59,586 nucleotides of DNA from a virus. Taxonomy: Duplodnaviria; Caudoviricetes. Location: IMG/VR virus record IMGVR_UViG_3300026536_000001, positions 1-59,586 of that record, one strand, 5' to 3'. Below the pieces are notes generated by a model, which saw only the letters and a program-made list of their open reading frames with translations, was not told where the DNA came from and did no database searches. The position numbers and the translations under genes were made by a program. Positions 1 to 9,937 of this stretch are shown one piece after another. Position 1 is the first letter of the stretch; the number at the start of each line of letters is the position of its first letter.

Positions 1-127
1 ATCAAGCACTGGGTCTTCCCGAATGCAGTAATCATCCGGTTGGTTCGCCGGTTTCTAGCCTGTTCCATCCGCGTCGCCCAACAACAATTCGACGGCTCAT
101 AATTCCCAAGATTGTTCTTGCGCTCGA
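1..127. repeat. 127-bp terminal overlap identical to 59460-59586 (circular assembly)
   Basis: 1-127 equals 59460-59586; an ORF reads through the junction. Confidence 0.95.
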
Positions 128-521
128 TTGTATGCTGCGGGGATGGGCGCTCGCCCATATCGGCCAGGAAATTCTCGAATGAGAGCCATCGCTTACAGAC
201 GCGGATGCCGCGCGCTCCATAGCGGAAGTAATCCGGAGATTGCGGATGATGACAGCGGTCCAGAAGCTTACGCCAGACACTATAGATGGGAGTCCTTGTC
301 CGCCCGTGGGTCGTATGGATCTGCTGCGTTATTTCCCGCAATAAACACCCACACGATTGGGTTCTACCACTCTTCAAGTGATCCAGCCGGACGGGCTTCG
401 TCTGTCCACAATCACACTGGCAGATCCAATATTGGCGGTGCCTCGAATCCACGGGTGGGTCCGCGGGCTCGATCACCGTCCATCGTCCGAAATGTTGACC
501 AATAGGGTTGGTTCGACTCAT
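1..521 (-). CDS. HNH-type homing endonuclease spanning the circular junction (521->1, continuing 59459->59342; ~212 aa), missed by the ORF track
   Basis: Manual translation MSRTNPIGQHFGRWTVI..WICQCDCG..SCGC..YGARGIRVCKRW..HTIERKNNLGNYEPSNCCWAT; ATG overlaps the stop of the AAA gene. Confidence 0.85.
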   Translation of the reverse strand, partial: MSRTNPIGQHFGRWTVIEPADPPVDSRHRQYWICQCDCGQTKPVRLDHLKSGRTQSCGCLLREITQQIHTTHGRTRTPIYSVWRKLLDRCHHPQSPDYFRYGARGIRVCKRWLSFENFLADMGERPSPQHTIERKNNLGNYEPSNCCWATRMEQARNRRTNRMITAFGKTQCL

Positions 522-1336
522 GGGATTAGCGGCATCTCGACATCGGGATAGATCAGCGACATCACGTTACTGAAGTTGATCGAATCGTCGGTGAGCAAGT
601 CTTTCCCTTGCGGCCCTTCCAATTCCGGCCGTGGTTGGCAGTCGATCACGTCGCAACTGTACTTCCATGGCTTTCCTCCCCCAGCGCCGTTTCGTTCGTC
701 CCAATATATGTTCTTCTTGAGTTCGATCTGGACTGCAACATGGTATCCAATGTTCGGGAAGCCTGCGTGCTTGAATTTACCGGAGGGTTTGGCACTATCC
801 CCATCGCCGACCCAGATCTCCTGAGATTTATGCGTGAGCACGAGGTTCTTACCGCTCATGGCGTTCAAGAAATCGATGACATCCTGGTTAGGCCCGCCTC
901 GATCACGCGGCATGATCCGGTTGGAGCGCCCAAAGTGGGCAAACAGGACGTTTTCCCAGAACTGCGAGAATGAGTCGATCCCGATGGTCTTGATCTCTCT
1001 CGATTCCAGAAGGCGGTAGGCGGCACGCATGATGTCGGAGATGTGTTTACGGTAATAAGCTTTGGCCTGTTCGGGATTCATCACGGCAATAGCCAGAGGA
1101 TTGTCCTGTCGGATGAAGTCTTTTTCCGGCATGATCACATCGGTACGGCCCCATTCCTGCATCGTCTTGGCCACAGTGTATCGAGTCTTCCGATCGAGTG
1201 GGATGACGCCAATGGGACCGGGAGCGGTGGCTAGAAAGCGGGTCTTGCCACTACCCTGAACTCCGTGTAAAGCCACCACCATCTCAGGGGATTTCTCGAT
1301 GTGGCTGGTGAACCCTTCAATCGGCTTGAGGATCAC
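518..1336 (-). CDS. P-loop AAA-family ATPase (Sak4-like recombination/NTP-binding protein)
   Basis: Walker A GVQGSGKT, Walker B TIGIDS; near exonuclease gene. Confidence 0.75.
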   Translation of the reverse strand: MILKPIEGFTSHIEKSPEMVVALHGVQGSGKTRFLATAPGPIGVIPLDRKTRYTVAKTMQEWGRTDVIMPEKDFIRQDNPLAIAVMNPEQAKAYYRKHISDIMRAAYRLLESREIKTIGIDSFSQFWENVLFAHFGRSNRIMPRDRGGPNQDVIDFLNAMSGKNLVLTHKSQEIWVGDGDSAKPSGKFKHAGFPNIGYHVAVQIELKKNIYWDERNGAGGGKPWKYSCDVIDCQPRPELEGPQGKDLLTDDSINFSNVMSLIYPDVEMPLIP

Positions 1337-1608
1337 GCTTCCCTCTTCTCTTCACTCTTGAGCTTCAGCCACTTCTCGAACGCCCCTTTATATCCCCAGC
1401 ACCCAGCCGGAGTTTCGTTATACAAATAGGCCACAATTGTAGGTATGATTCTGATGTTGACCATATCCGCCCGTCCCACCGCTTCTTTCAGATCGTTCTC
1501 GATACAGGCTTCCAGGAACCCGCCTGTAGGTACGCCGTCATTCACGTAACGTTTGATGGACTCCTCAATATCGCGTGGCAGGGCCATCCCGTAGAAAGTG
1601 TAGCTCAT
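1333..1608 (-). CDS. phage hypothetical protein
   Basis: 91 aa, 4-nt overlaps with neighbours. Confidence 0.7.
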   Translation of the reverse strand: MSYTFYGMALPRDIEESIKRYVNDGVPTGGFLEACIENDLKEAVGRADMVNIRIIPTIVAYLYNETPAGCWGYKGAFEKWLKLKSEEKREA

Positions 1609-1774
1609 CGGATAACCTCCTTGAAGTGTTCACAGGCATCCATAATCCCGCGAAGATACGACTCTAACAGCAACTCGACGATCACCCGGCTGTCGGCCCG
1701 CAGCGTGCCCTCTGCCATTAACGGAGCGACACGAGCGAGTATCCACTCCCGCATGGCTTCCAGATTCGCTTCTG

Positions 1775-2419
1775 TTAAATACCGGCTGAACTCATCTCTT
1801 GGGCTACCGGAACGAACATCGCCGTCCATAACCGCTCCCTTTCTTCTTCTTTCAATTCCAGAGTGTACAGTCTATAAATGGGTGTATACGGGTGCCGGTA
1901 ATCCCCGTTCACGTACAGAGTGTGCAACCTCGCCAACGTTGATCCGGTGATGGCCAGATAGCCACTGATCTGCCACATCCAAAGCGTCTCCCGGAGGATC
2001 GGCCGCTTCTCCGGATTCGAGCTTTTGAACGTGAACTTGAACTCGTCAATCACCGGCATCCCGCAGTATTCGGAGATCCCATCCGGACTCCCTGTGATCC
2101 CATCCCGCGTGAATTCTCCTGGTTGCCATACCATCTCCGGATACAAACCCGCGGCCCATCTCTCCCAAGCGACTCCTAACGCCATCCGTAAGGGGTAGGA
2201 CCGTTCCCCGTGGATATCACCAATTTCCTCTTGAAGCTCGGCTTCTTTTTGGAGTCTAGCCGGGTCGCCTGCCGGTAGGGACCCGAACCACAACTTTGCA
2301 ATAATCTGGGTGAGATGGACTCCGCCGGACCGTTCTCCGATGTAAGCTGCAACCGGCGCTTTCCACACACTCATATCGATGGCCTGAAGATCCACGTCGC
2401 ACTGTTCGATGAGATTCAT
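1775..2419 (-). CDS. PD-(D/E)XK (Cas4/RecB-like) exonuclease
   Basis: GSPDG..IDEFKFT..WQISGY motifs. Confidence 0.75.
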   Translation of the reverse strand: MNLIEQCDVDLQAIDMSVWKAPVAAYIGERSGGVHLTQIIAKLWFGSLPAGDPARLQKEAELQEEIGDIHGERSYPLRMALGVAWERWAAGLYPEMVWQPGEFTRDGITGSPDGISEYCGMPVIDEFKFTFKSSNPEKRPILRETLWMWQISGYLAITGSTLARLHTLYVNGDYRHPYTPIYRLYTLELKEEERERLWTAMFVPVAQEMSSAGI

Positions 2420-2766
2420 GCCCCGCGTGTCGATCCCGGCTGCTTCATGGTGGATGATATCTGAGCAAAATCCTCGAACTCCTGGATCATCGCGTCGATA
2501 CTTTGGAGTTGAAAATCGTTACAACCGTCTCGAACACATAGATCCCGGTAATATTTCAGCATCGGTAGAGCCAGTTTATCTCTCCCTCTGAACAATATCC
2601 TGGGCTCATCATCCGGTATTGGTTGCATGTTCGAGGTTTTGACAATCAATCCAAGACCTGAAATGTGATGCTTCTCATCGATCCGTGGTCGCCATCCGTC
2701 CGGCGTCGATACTTGTATCTGCCGCATTCTTTCCTCCATTTCAATTGATCGATGACTCTCCGCCAA
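2416..2766 (-). CDS. hypothetical protein
   Basis: coupled ORF in minus-strand operon. Confidence 0.6.
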   Translation of the reverse strand: MAESHRSIEMEERMRQIQVSTPDGWRPRIDEKHHISGLGLIVKTSNMQPIPDDEPRILFRGRDKLALPMLKYYRDLCVRDGCNDFQLQSIDAMIQEFEDFAQISSTMKQPGSTRGA

Positions 2767-2986
2767 ACCTCCGATCCACTCTATCCCGGAGTACTCCTAG
2801 AGTTATCGCCAGCACCATGAACGCATCGACTCGCGATAACCCCTCTTTAGCGAGAACATCGAAGACTTCCTTACTGATCCTGGCTGTATTCCACGCCTCT
2901 TCTTCCGTACTGCGAGAGGTCATCTCCACCCCAGCGGCAATCACCGTGTCGATCGCTTGATTCAACTGATCTCGATCGAACGTCAT
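2741..2986 (-). CDS. hypothetical protein
   Basis: coupled ORF in operon. Confidence 0.55.
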   Translation of the reverse strand: MTFDRDQLNQAIDTVIAAGVEMTSRSTEEEAWNTARISKEVFDVLAKEGLSRVDAFMVLAITLGVLRDRVDRRFGGESSIN

Positions 2987-3182
2987 TCATCTCCCGGTAT
3001 GGCCATGATCATTTCCTTCTCCCGGAGGAGCTGGAGCTCGATCATCACATCGGCCCAGCCCTGGAAGTTTTCGATACAGCCATCCGGGAAGGATAGCTTC
3101 TTTTCGATCTCGGCCCACATCAATAGGGTCCGCCGTTTGATGTCATCCATTTTTAGTCTCGATTCGGAATGTTCGCTCGTGT

Positions 3183-3346
3183 CTCGCCTTCGTCTCGTTT
3201 CGTCACAAAGCGTTCCACTTCGCATCGGATCTCGAATTCGTCTCGCAACAAACCACGGCACTACGCCTCGCCCCACTACGCTTCTCGGATTCGTCTCGCC
3301 TCGCAACACGCCACACCACATCGCAGCGAGACACGACGCGACTTCA
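3183..3346 (-). ncRNA. YG-NNN guide cassette, 3 units, all matching gene 3344-4315
   Basis: handles at 3183, 3231, 3284, 3337; decode to LFQSSFM, LKTGYLPY, LLNATIRD. Confidence 0.85.
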
Positions 3347-4315
3347 CTCCGCGGGAAAGATCAGTACTCCTAATCCGGCATCGAACCCGATTCCTTTCTC
3401 TCCAGTCACACTCGCCAACCACTCATCATTGCGGATGGTCTCATTGACCAAATTCTTTTTGGCCTCGGCATCCAGCTTCGTCCGCCGCATTAAAAAAGTC
3501 ATGAAACTCGACTGGAAGAGCGCACGCTTGACTTCTCTCCCCTTATTTTGCTTGGCGAGTTCATCCAATCCATCTTTCGCGATCGCGTCATAGTCGGCCG
3601 CGACCACGGTTCCGGTTTGAATCTCGCCGTTCGGTGGGATGACCGCCGCCGATCCGCTATTGGGTGATGGAGCCTTCGACCCTGCTCCGGTCCTCGTGGG
3701 TATCGGCGTCTTCCCAGCGGGCTTTCCTTTCCTCTCATACCCAAATACGTGAATCTTCTTCACACCTAGTAGTGTCCTCTCCCGTGTGGCATCTCCGCCT
3801 TCCGGAGTGAAGCCTGTCTTCAGCCGCTCGACATCGAACTTGGTTCCTTCCAGATATGGCAGATAGCCGGTCTTCAACAATTCATCCTTGAAGCCTTTAT
3901 CGGCCAGACTATGAGCGAATTTTGCCCAGGCGCAGTTCTCATAAATCTTGATCGGTTGGTGGTTGGGATCGCCAAACACGGTGTTGCCCTCCGCCCCGAG
4001 GGCCGCCCCCATATCCTCGGCCTCGCTGTCTTCGGGTTTGGCCAGCTTCCCTGGACGCAAAATATCGAGGGTATTCTTCCTGCCGAACCCTAAATGTTCC
4101 AAAGCGGGTTCGTCGTCGATCCTCTCCAACGTGTTGGGATCTAATTTGTACAGCTCTAACCGCACCATACAGGCCGGATCGGTTTGCTCTCCGGTTTGAC
4201 TGTTCGGCGGAAATTGATACACGATACAACTGGCTTTTCCGATCTCCCAGGTTCCTTCCTGAGCCCCGAATCCTCCTTTAACGGTATCTTTACTCGATAG
4301 ACTGATCTTTGGCAT
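3344..4315 (-). CDS. hypothetical replication-region protein (possibly ssDNA-binding)
   Basis: true start probably MPKISLSS (ATG 4315, SD AAGGAGAG); function inferred from context only. Confidence 0.65.
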   Translation of the reverse strand: MPKISLSSKDTVKGGFGAQEGTWEIGKASCIVYQFPPNSQTGEQTDPACMVRLELYKLDPNTLERIDDEPALEHLGFGRKNTLDILRPGKLAKPEDSEAEDMGAALGAEGNTVFGDPNHQPIKIYENCAWAKFAHSLADKGFKDELLKTGYLPYLEGTKFDVERLKTGFTPEGGDATRERTLLGVKKIHVFGYERKGKPAGKTPIPTRTGAGSKAPSPNSGSAAVIPPNGEIQTGTVVAADYDAIAKDGLDELAKQNKGREVKRALFQSSFMTFLMRRTKLDAEAKKNLVNETIRNDEWLASVTGEKGIGFDAGLGVLIFPAE

Positions 4316-4577
4316 GAAACTCTCCTTTAGGTTGAATGTTGATGTGTAAAGCGAATCCGGCATGGGTGACCGGCTCATCGGCACCGCACTTGAAACAGAT
4401 GCCTCTTTCGCGAAGCAGGTTGGGTTCTTGGAAGGTACAACGCTCACCACACTGGGGACAGGTGAATTTGAAGTAGATGACGGCACACTCCGGACCACCG
4501 AATCGAGTGACGACATCATCGGCCCGCTTCAGGATTTCTTCGCGCGGCAGGTCGCCTTGACGCGGCTTGAAGTTCAT
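4290..4577 (-). CDS. zinc-ribbon protein
   Basis: CPQC..CFKC; SD AGGAG before MNFKP. Confidence 0.6.
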   Translation of the reverse strand: MNFKPRQGDLPREEILKRADDVVTRFGGPECAVIYFKFTCPQCGERCTFQEPNLLRERGICFKCGADEPVTHAGFALHINIQPKGEFHAKDQSIE

Positions 4578-4621
4578 CGGCTTTCTCCTGATATTAGAAG
4601 TAAAAACGGATTGCACGTGTA

Positions 4622-4650
4622 ATAATATGAGCCTGGACGACTCCCGTCAA
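4622..4650 (-). promoter_or_regulatory. sigma70-like promoter TTGACG-N17-TATTAT
   Basis: read on minus strand upstream of 4577 start. Confidence 0.55.
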
Positions 4651-4831
4651 GTCTTTTTGACGAACAATAACCGGTATCCGAAAGGTGAGTGAAGTATAAT
4701 CGCCGGTCCGGCACCTCCAGATTCCGGCCACTCAAAGGCATCGCGGTGCTGGAGGAGACGTGCCTTTGCCGGTATCGACTCCAACAGTTCGTCCCACGCC
4801 AGCTTCGAGAGGACACACACGCGATCTTCCA

Positions 4832-6478
4832 TCATTCGTCCATTCCGAGGGCTTCGCGTTTGTCGAGGCTGTCATCATCGGCGATATCCTTCCGCGGCGT
4901 CCGTTCTGGCAGCTTCGTCAACGGCTTCGGTATCGCACTCACACTGAACACACTCTGGCTGAACCAACGCGGTGCCAGCTCCCGATTCTTTCCTAATAAC
5001 CACGATAAATGCGCGTCGGTGATAAACACCTCACACTGATCCGTCTCACTCCTCATCCCTCTCATGGTGGACTGGGCGAGTTCCTGTAAAGCTTCGGCAT
5101 TCATCCAATCCGGATCGTATCTGGTCTTGGCTTTAGCCAGCGGGGATTGGCTGGGCTGGAATGGCACCTTGGCCACAATAATAAACTCGCATTGACTAGC
5201 TGGGAAATCCCATCCGGTCCCGAACGACGGGGATACCAGGATCGCCGGTGCCGCGGCCTTCCTAAACTTATCCGCCGCTTCCGAAGCCGTGTCCGAGTCG
5301 GGATCGGTGGTATTCGCAATCATGAACCGGGCGTGCTGGGAATGCTGGAGCAAAAATTGTTGACGAGCGTAGGAGACCGTGTGGATCAATCCCTTCCGGT
5401 CCAATCTCGCGCCGATGATCTTATCGATATGCCGCACCCAGATGGCCAGCTCCTCCTCACTCGTCCTCCGATCCACTCTCACGGCCTTACCATTCGATCG
5501 CGGCGGGCAGAGATACACGGGCGAGCGTTCGGCCGGGAATATTCTCCCCCATTCCGTGAATTGTCCCTGGAGCCCGAGCTCCTCCAAGGTTCGTTTCTTG
5601 AGTGTCGCACTCATCAACACCACTCTCTGAACTCCCTGAATCAACAACCCGGTATATTTCTTAGGTGAGATCACATCCCAGGTCCAGGTCCTCCCGGCTG
5701 GCGTTGAGGCTTCGTACTCGAACACCCACTCCACTTTCGTCTTCCCCGGCAACGGCACCGGAAATCGCGCCAGCTTTTCCTCCAGCCTCTTCCAGCGTTT
5801 CAGCCGGTCTGTGCCTGTTGGAGTGAGGGCCCGGACACTGAGATCCTGAATGGCGATCCGGGCCAGTGGACGGATCTGAGCAACCCAGTGTTGCCAATCC
5901 GTGAGATTTCCGGTCTTGGGAGGAACCGTCACGATCCGCAACAAATGGAGTTCTCTATCGTCTATCGCGATCCTTAAATGATTGGCTAAATGTTTAACGG
6001 CATGAACCGCCTCATCCAGAATCAGCGTGTCGAAATTCCCGATCGCCTTGATCCCGGCCGCCAACCAATAACTGTAGTTCGACAACACCACAGGCGCGGC
6101 AGCAGCTTGTTGAACCGCGGCGACGTACCCCTCCGGGTTCGCACACCCACATCCCATCGGCCGTCCATCCTCACAGGTACGTGCCATGGGACACGGATAG
6201 TTCACCTGGCCTCGCACATCGACGAGATGATTGCGGAAGTCTTTGAGATATTGATCTTCTAAACCTTTCGTCGAAGTGAGAATCAGGGTTCGACCGGGCA
6301 GGCCGAGCTTCGCAATCGTCGCCGCCACCAGAGATTTCCCCGCTCCCGGCGGCAGTCCTAAACCCTGCACGGCGGAATCGCCGTATAAAGCCTGCTCGAC
6401 CGCTTCCAACTGCTCCGGCCGGTAGCTCTCATAGGAGAAACCGAGGTCTGCTGGCCGGAGGCCGTCCAGCGTGGTCAC
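4832..6478 (-). CDS. DinG/Rad3-like SF2 helicase
   Basis: YRPEQ Q-motif, PPGAGKS, ILDEAVH, MSATL, GWDFP, KVPF, RGMRSETD. Confidence 0.85.
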   Translation of the reverse strand: MTTLDGLRPADLGFSYESYRPEQLEAVEQALYGDSAVQGLGLPPGAGKSLVAATIAKLGLPGRTLILTSTKGLEDQYLKDFRNHLVDVRGQVNYPCPMARTCEDGRPMGCGCANPEGYVAAVQQAAAAPVVLSNYSYWLAAGIKAIGNFDTLILDEAVHAVKHLANHLRIAIDDRELHLLRIVTVPPKTGNLTDWQHWVAQIRPLARIAIQDLSVRALTPTGTDRLKRWKRLEEKLARFPVPLPGKTKVEWVFEYEASTPAGRTWTWDVISPKKYTGLLIQGVQRVVLMSATLKKRTLEELGLQGQFTEWGRIFPAERSPVYLCPPRSNGKAVRVDRRTSEEELAIWVRHIDKIIGARLDRKGLIHTVSYARQQFLLQHSQHARFMIANTTDPDSDTASEAADKFRKAAAPAILVSPSFGTGWDFPASQCEFIIVAKVPFQPSQSPLAKAKTRYDPDWMNAEALQELAQSTMRGMRSETDQCEVFITDAHLSWLLGKNRELAPRWFSQSVFSVSAIPKPLTKLPERTPRKDIADDDSLDKREALGMDE

Positions 6479-6548
6479 GATCTCGTCTCACGACACGGCA
6501 CCTCACCGCGCCCCAACACACGACGCTTCGCGGCGATTCTCGTCTTCG
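6476..6548 (-). ncRNA. YG-NNN guide cassette (1 unit) matching helicase N-terminus
   Basis: decodes to LDGLRPHDFGF vs resident LDGLRPADLGF. Confidence 0.85.
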
Positions 6549-6589
6549 TGGACGGCCTCCGATACTTCACCCTCATCGCGATTTCACTC

Positions 6590-7207
6590 TCATCGGGTCA
6601 CTCCCAAATCTCTCAACGCATTTTCCCGCGCCGTCACCAACCGCTGCCACTCCTCCATCGTCCCGCCTTTGTCCGGATGATAAATATGGGCAAACGATCG
6701 AAACGCTTTCTCGACATGATCCACCGTGGCCTTCGCGCCGGGCGGTATCTCCAGAACCTCGCGCCAGTATTCGCCCGCTTTTTCGGGAATGGCTTTGAAG
6801 CCGCGAAAGGCCCGCTGCATCATGTCGGAAGACCCCCAGCGTTCAATGCCGCGAATCGCTTCAATCGTCTTCTGAATGGCCCGCATGTTTTCCCAGGCCA
6901 GCGCATATTTATCACAAGCGAAACACATCTCCTGTTTCTTCAACATGAAATAAACGGCAATTCCAGGGTCGTCCAGCCGGTGGACTCCGGCTCTGGGCAT
7001 ACCGTCCGCACGCAGCGGAATATTGCTCGAAATGATCACACTCGCGGCGCGCAAGCGGTCCAGCTCGTCACAAAGCTGCCTGCGGATCTGGTCGAAGGAG
7101 CCGCTGAACTGGCTACGGACCCGGTGACCCGCGGGGGTGCGCGGGCGATCCTCCGGCCAGTAGAGCGGGTAGGACTCGATCGCTTTATTCATAAAAGCGG
7201 AGGCCAT
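6590..7207 (-). CDS. DnaJ/J-domain phage protein
   Basis: YPLYWP N-terminus, C-terminal HPDKGG J-domain motif. Confidence 0.85.
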   Translation of the reverse strand: MASAFMNKAIESYPLYWPEDRPRTPAGHRVRSQFSGSFDQIRRQLCDELDRLRAASVIISSNIPLRADGMPRAGVHRLDDPGIAVYFMLKKQEMCFACDKYALAWENMRAIQKTIEAIRGIERWGSSDMMQRAFRGFKAIPEKAGEYWREVLEIPPGAKATVDHVEKAFRSFAHIYHPDKGGTMEEWQRLVTARENALRDLGVTR

Positions 7208-7298
7208 CCAGGGTTCTGCTCATGGCTCGGCTTCACCTCGCTTCGGAACGGGTCACGCCACAGCAGCGCGATTCTCGCCTTCAGGACAGCCTCCGATG

Positions 7299-7616
7299 TC
7301 ATTGTTTCCTCTCGGGAGTGTTCGCCTCCCAGACTATTTCTCGTGGTAAGTCCATTTCTTCCACTAACTTAACTTGATCAGCGTACAGCTCTAGGTACGC
7401 GGCCAGATCATCCAGGGAGATCCCTAGAACTTCCGCCAATCTGCGGGCGACTTTCAAGCTCGGGTTCCTCCGGCCCAACAAAACGAGCGACAGATGCGAA
7501 TGCGATATCCCGACTTCTTTGCATAATTCTCTCAGGTTTAAATCCGGGCGAACCAACCCTTTCCGGCCTCTTCCTGTGGGTAATCCTTCGCTATCGAGCG
7601 ATCGAAAATGACTCAT
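7299..7616 (-). CDS. XRE-family HTH regulator
   Basis: LRELCKEVGISHSHLSLVLLGRRNPSLKVARRLA. Confidence 0.85.
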   Translation of the reverse strand: MSHFRSLDSEGLPTGRGRKGLVRPDLNLRELCKEVGISHSHLSLVLLGRRNPSLKVARRLAEVLGISLDDLAAYLELYADQVKLVEEMDLPREIVWEANTPERKQ

Positions 7617-7639
7617 AGAGTCTAATTATATACCGGGAG

Positions 7640-7903
7640 TCAAGTTTTAGAATCCTCCAACGGTGGTCCATCGCGCCGTGCCTGGAGCATGGCGTCGGCG
7701 ACCACGTAAGCGAAAGTCGCCGTATCTTTGGGTGTCCATTCATCCCTGTTATCAGCAGCGAGTAATCCGGTCAGTGCCGCCGCTGCGAAATAATCGCGCT
7801 GGGTCAACCCGAACTGCGCGATATTTTCACACGGGAAAGCCAAGCCTCCGTCCGCCGCATCTAAATATTTACTCGCATCGAAATGTTTACTCTCAGTATC
7901 CAT
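7640..7903 (-). CDS. conserved phage protein (GLTxRDYFAAAAL motif)
   Basis: AFP..GLTQRDYFAAAAL..AYVVADAML. Confidence 0.75.
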   Translation of the reverse strand: MDTESKHFDASKYLDAADGGLAFPCENIAQFGLTQRDYFAAAALTGLLAADNRDEWTPKDTATFAYVVADAMLQARRDGPPLEDSKT

Positions 7904-7904
7904 A

Positions 7905-8080
7905 GCCGCCTCCTATGTCCCGTCCAAAATACCTATGTCCCCGATTAAATAACTCATTATACTATACTTATATTATTTTGGGACAGTGGGATGGTATATA
8001 TACGTGTATTTCTCTTTACGTGCGAGTGGAGCATATGCCTATAAGGACCTATTAACTTGGGACACCGGATAATGTCCCTT
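7905..8080. other. candidate replication origin: AT-rich gap with TGTCCC/GGGACA repeats
   Basis: CCTATGTCCC x2, GGGACA x2 and TGTCCC directly downstream of the primase-helicase gene. Confidence 0.45.
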
Positions 8081-9455
8081 AATGTCTACCGTTAGTCGAT
8101 ATAAATGGCCGCGTCAATTGGACGCCGATCCAGAACCGGGATTGCCCATGATGGCTACATGGCATCGCGCCGTGCCGTCTCAAATACTTCCAAAAAGGGG
8201 CCGGTGTGGTCGCGGCGACTCCATTGTCTTTGGCCCACATCCGGGCGTTTCCCCACAACACCGCCGAGGTCTCGCGGCCGTCGCCGTGAAATTCGAGATG
8301 GGCCGCGCCAAAATCCTGCCAATCGTCCATCTCGGTCTGCCAACGCTGCTGGGGGAATTCGGCGGACGAGGGAGCCGCCAGTCCATCAGTCTGCCATTCC
8401 AAGCAGCCTTGAACGCGCGAGGTCAGGATGCCTTCACTTTCCCGCTCCAGCCTGTCGCTCAGGAAGCGATCCATCCGCTCGGCCGGAATCCGGATATTGA
8501 ACTGAATGATCCGGAAACGGGAAAACGTCGAGGGACTGGCTTCGATCCGCGGCGCATCGTTGGCGTCGATAAACAGCTTGGCCGCCAGATCGAAAGTGAT
8601 GGGATTCTCGAATAAACGGCGGACTTTGATGGAATCCAGGGAGGCGAGCTGCTTCATTGTGCTTTCATTCAATCGGGCTTCCGATGAAGGCTCCGAGGTG
8701 GTCACCAGACGCTTCCCGAAGAGACTGGCGAGATCGCTATTCCGGTTATTATCCGAGCGAGAATGGCTCAAGAGAGAATCGATCTGGACTTGGCCGCCGT
8801 AGTCTCCCGAGGTGTGCCGCCATGCCCGCAACAGGGTGGTCTTGCCGTTGTCTCCTTCGCCGATAAGGATGAAGTGGGTCTTCTCGCTGACGATTCCGGT
8901 TAGAGCGTATCCGGAGATGCGGCGGATATAGGCACGCATTGGTTCCTCGTAGAACATCTCGCTGACGGTACGATCGTAGATGGGGCATCCGGCAGCGGGA
9001 TTGTAGCGGACACCCGTTGATAGCGTGCAGAAGTATTCCGGCCGGGCTTCCAGCAGCGCCCCGGTCTGAAGGTCGATGACGCCGTTCGGAGTATTCAGCA
9101 TCCAGGGGTCGCGGTCGAACGCCGAGGCATGGATTTGAACCCGGCGGTCATGACTGGCGGCGGTCACAATGGCCGGGAGCCGATTCTCACTACCGCGGAT
9201 GGAGTGATCGAGCTTGCGGATGTCATTGGCTGTCCAGCCCAGCTTGGAGGCTGCGGGAACGACCCGGCGCAGAGACCCCTTGGCCCACTCGAAAACTTGG
9301 CCTGGAGGATCGGCCGACCAGCGGTGACTGTCCCAGTAGAGCCAGCGTTTTTGTTCGATCACATAACGGAGGTGATGGTGGTGGAGAGCCACGAGACGTT
9401 CGGCGTGACCCAGATCGGATAAAGGGAACGACAGCAGTTCTTGATCGGTCATCAT
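8079..9455 (-). CDS. P4/D5-like primase-associated SF3 helicase
   Basis: D5_N (SDLGHAERLV, LNTPNGVIDL), Walker A GEGDNGKTT, GKRLVTTSE. Confidence 0.9.
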   Translation of the reverse strand: MMTDQELLSFPLSDLGHAERLVALHHHHLRYVIEQKRWLYWDSHRWSADPPGQVFEWAKGSLRRVVPAASKLGWTANDIRKLDHSIRGSENRLPAIVTAASHDRRVQIHASAFDRDPWMLNTPNGVIDLQTGALLEARPEYFCTLSTGVRYNPAAGCPIYDRTVSEMFYEEPMRAYIRRISGYALTGIVSEKTHFILIGEGDNGKTTLLRAWRHTSGDYGGQVQIDSLLSHSRSDNNRNSDLASLFGKRLVTTSEPSSEARLNESTMKQLASLDSIKVRRLFENPITFDLAAKLFIDANDAPRIEASPSTFSRFRIIQFNIRIPAERMDRFLSDRLERESEGILTSRVQGCLEWQTDGLAAPSSAEFPQQRWQTEMDDWQDFGAAHLEFHGDGRETSAVLWGNARMWAKDNGVAATTPAPFWKYLRRHGAMPCSHHGQSRFWIGVQLTRPFISTNGRH

Positions 9456-9937
9456 GTGGACGCACTCCTCCCAGGGCGTTTATGGACTCCACGAAACGTT
9501 GTCAACAGCCTCCGCACACTCGGAAGCGGACAGGAGACTACTCCCGGCGGGAGTCGAAAATCAAGTCTTTTTTTGAGGAGAAATGGGGAGAAGGTTTGGT
9601 GTGACCGGGTGTGCGGTTCCGGTCCCTCCCCCCCGTGGGAGATGGCAGGTCTGACCGATCAAGATAAGAACCCGCCATAGCTGATTGGGGGCCGGTTTGC
9701 CCGCCAGCCCCCGAGGATGGTCGATAAACTTCACGCCCCCGTGGAGAGTTATGACCGGAAGCTACGATACAGGATGGGTGCGGGTCTTTGTCAAGATATT
9801 TGTGCGGAAATCGAGAAATATTTGCAGAAAAATTTGCAGACGTGCTAGGATTCGATCGAGCCGATACGCATCGGCTTCTGCTATTCGTTTCGGGGAGGCT
9901 CCTTCGTTCAGGGTCGGAGCCTCCCGCCTCTTTTCTC

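Noticed and set aside
1-127. Biological direct terminal repeat
   Set aside because: 127 bp equals a common assembler k-mer and falls inside an ORF
7618-7645. Promoter TTGACT...TATAAT upstream of the HTH gene
   Set aside because: Only 7 nt between hexamers; it shares ATATAATTAGACT with the RAMP promoter, but no proper -35 could be assigned
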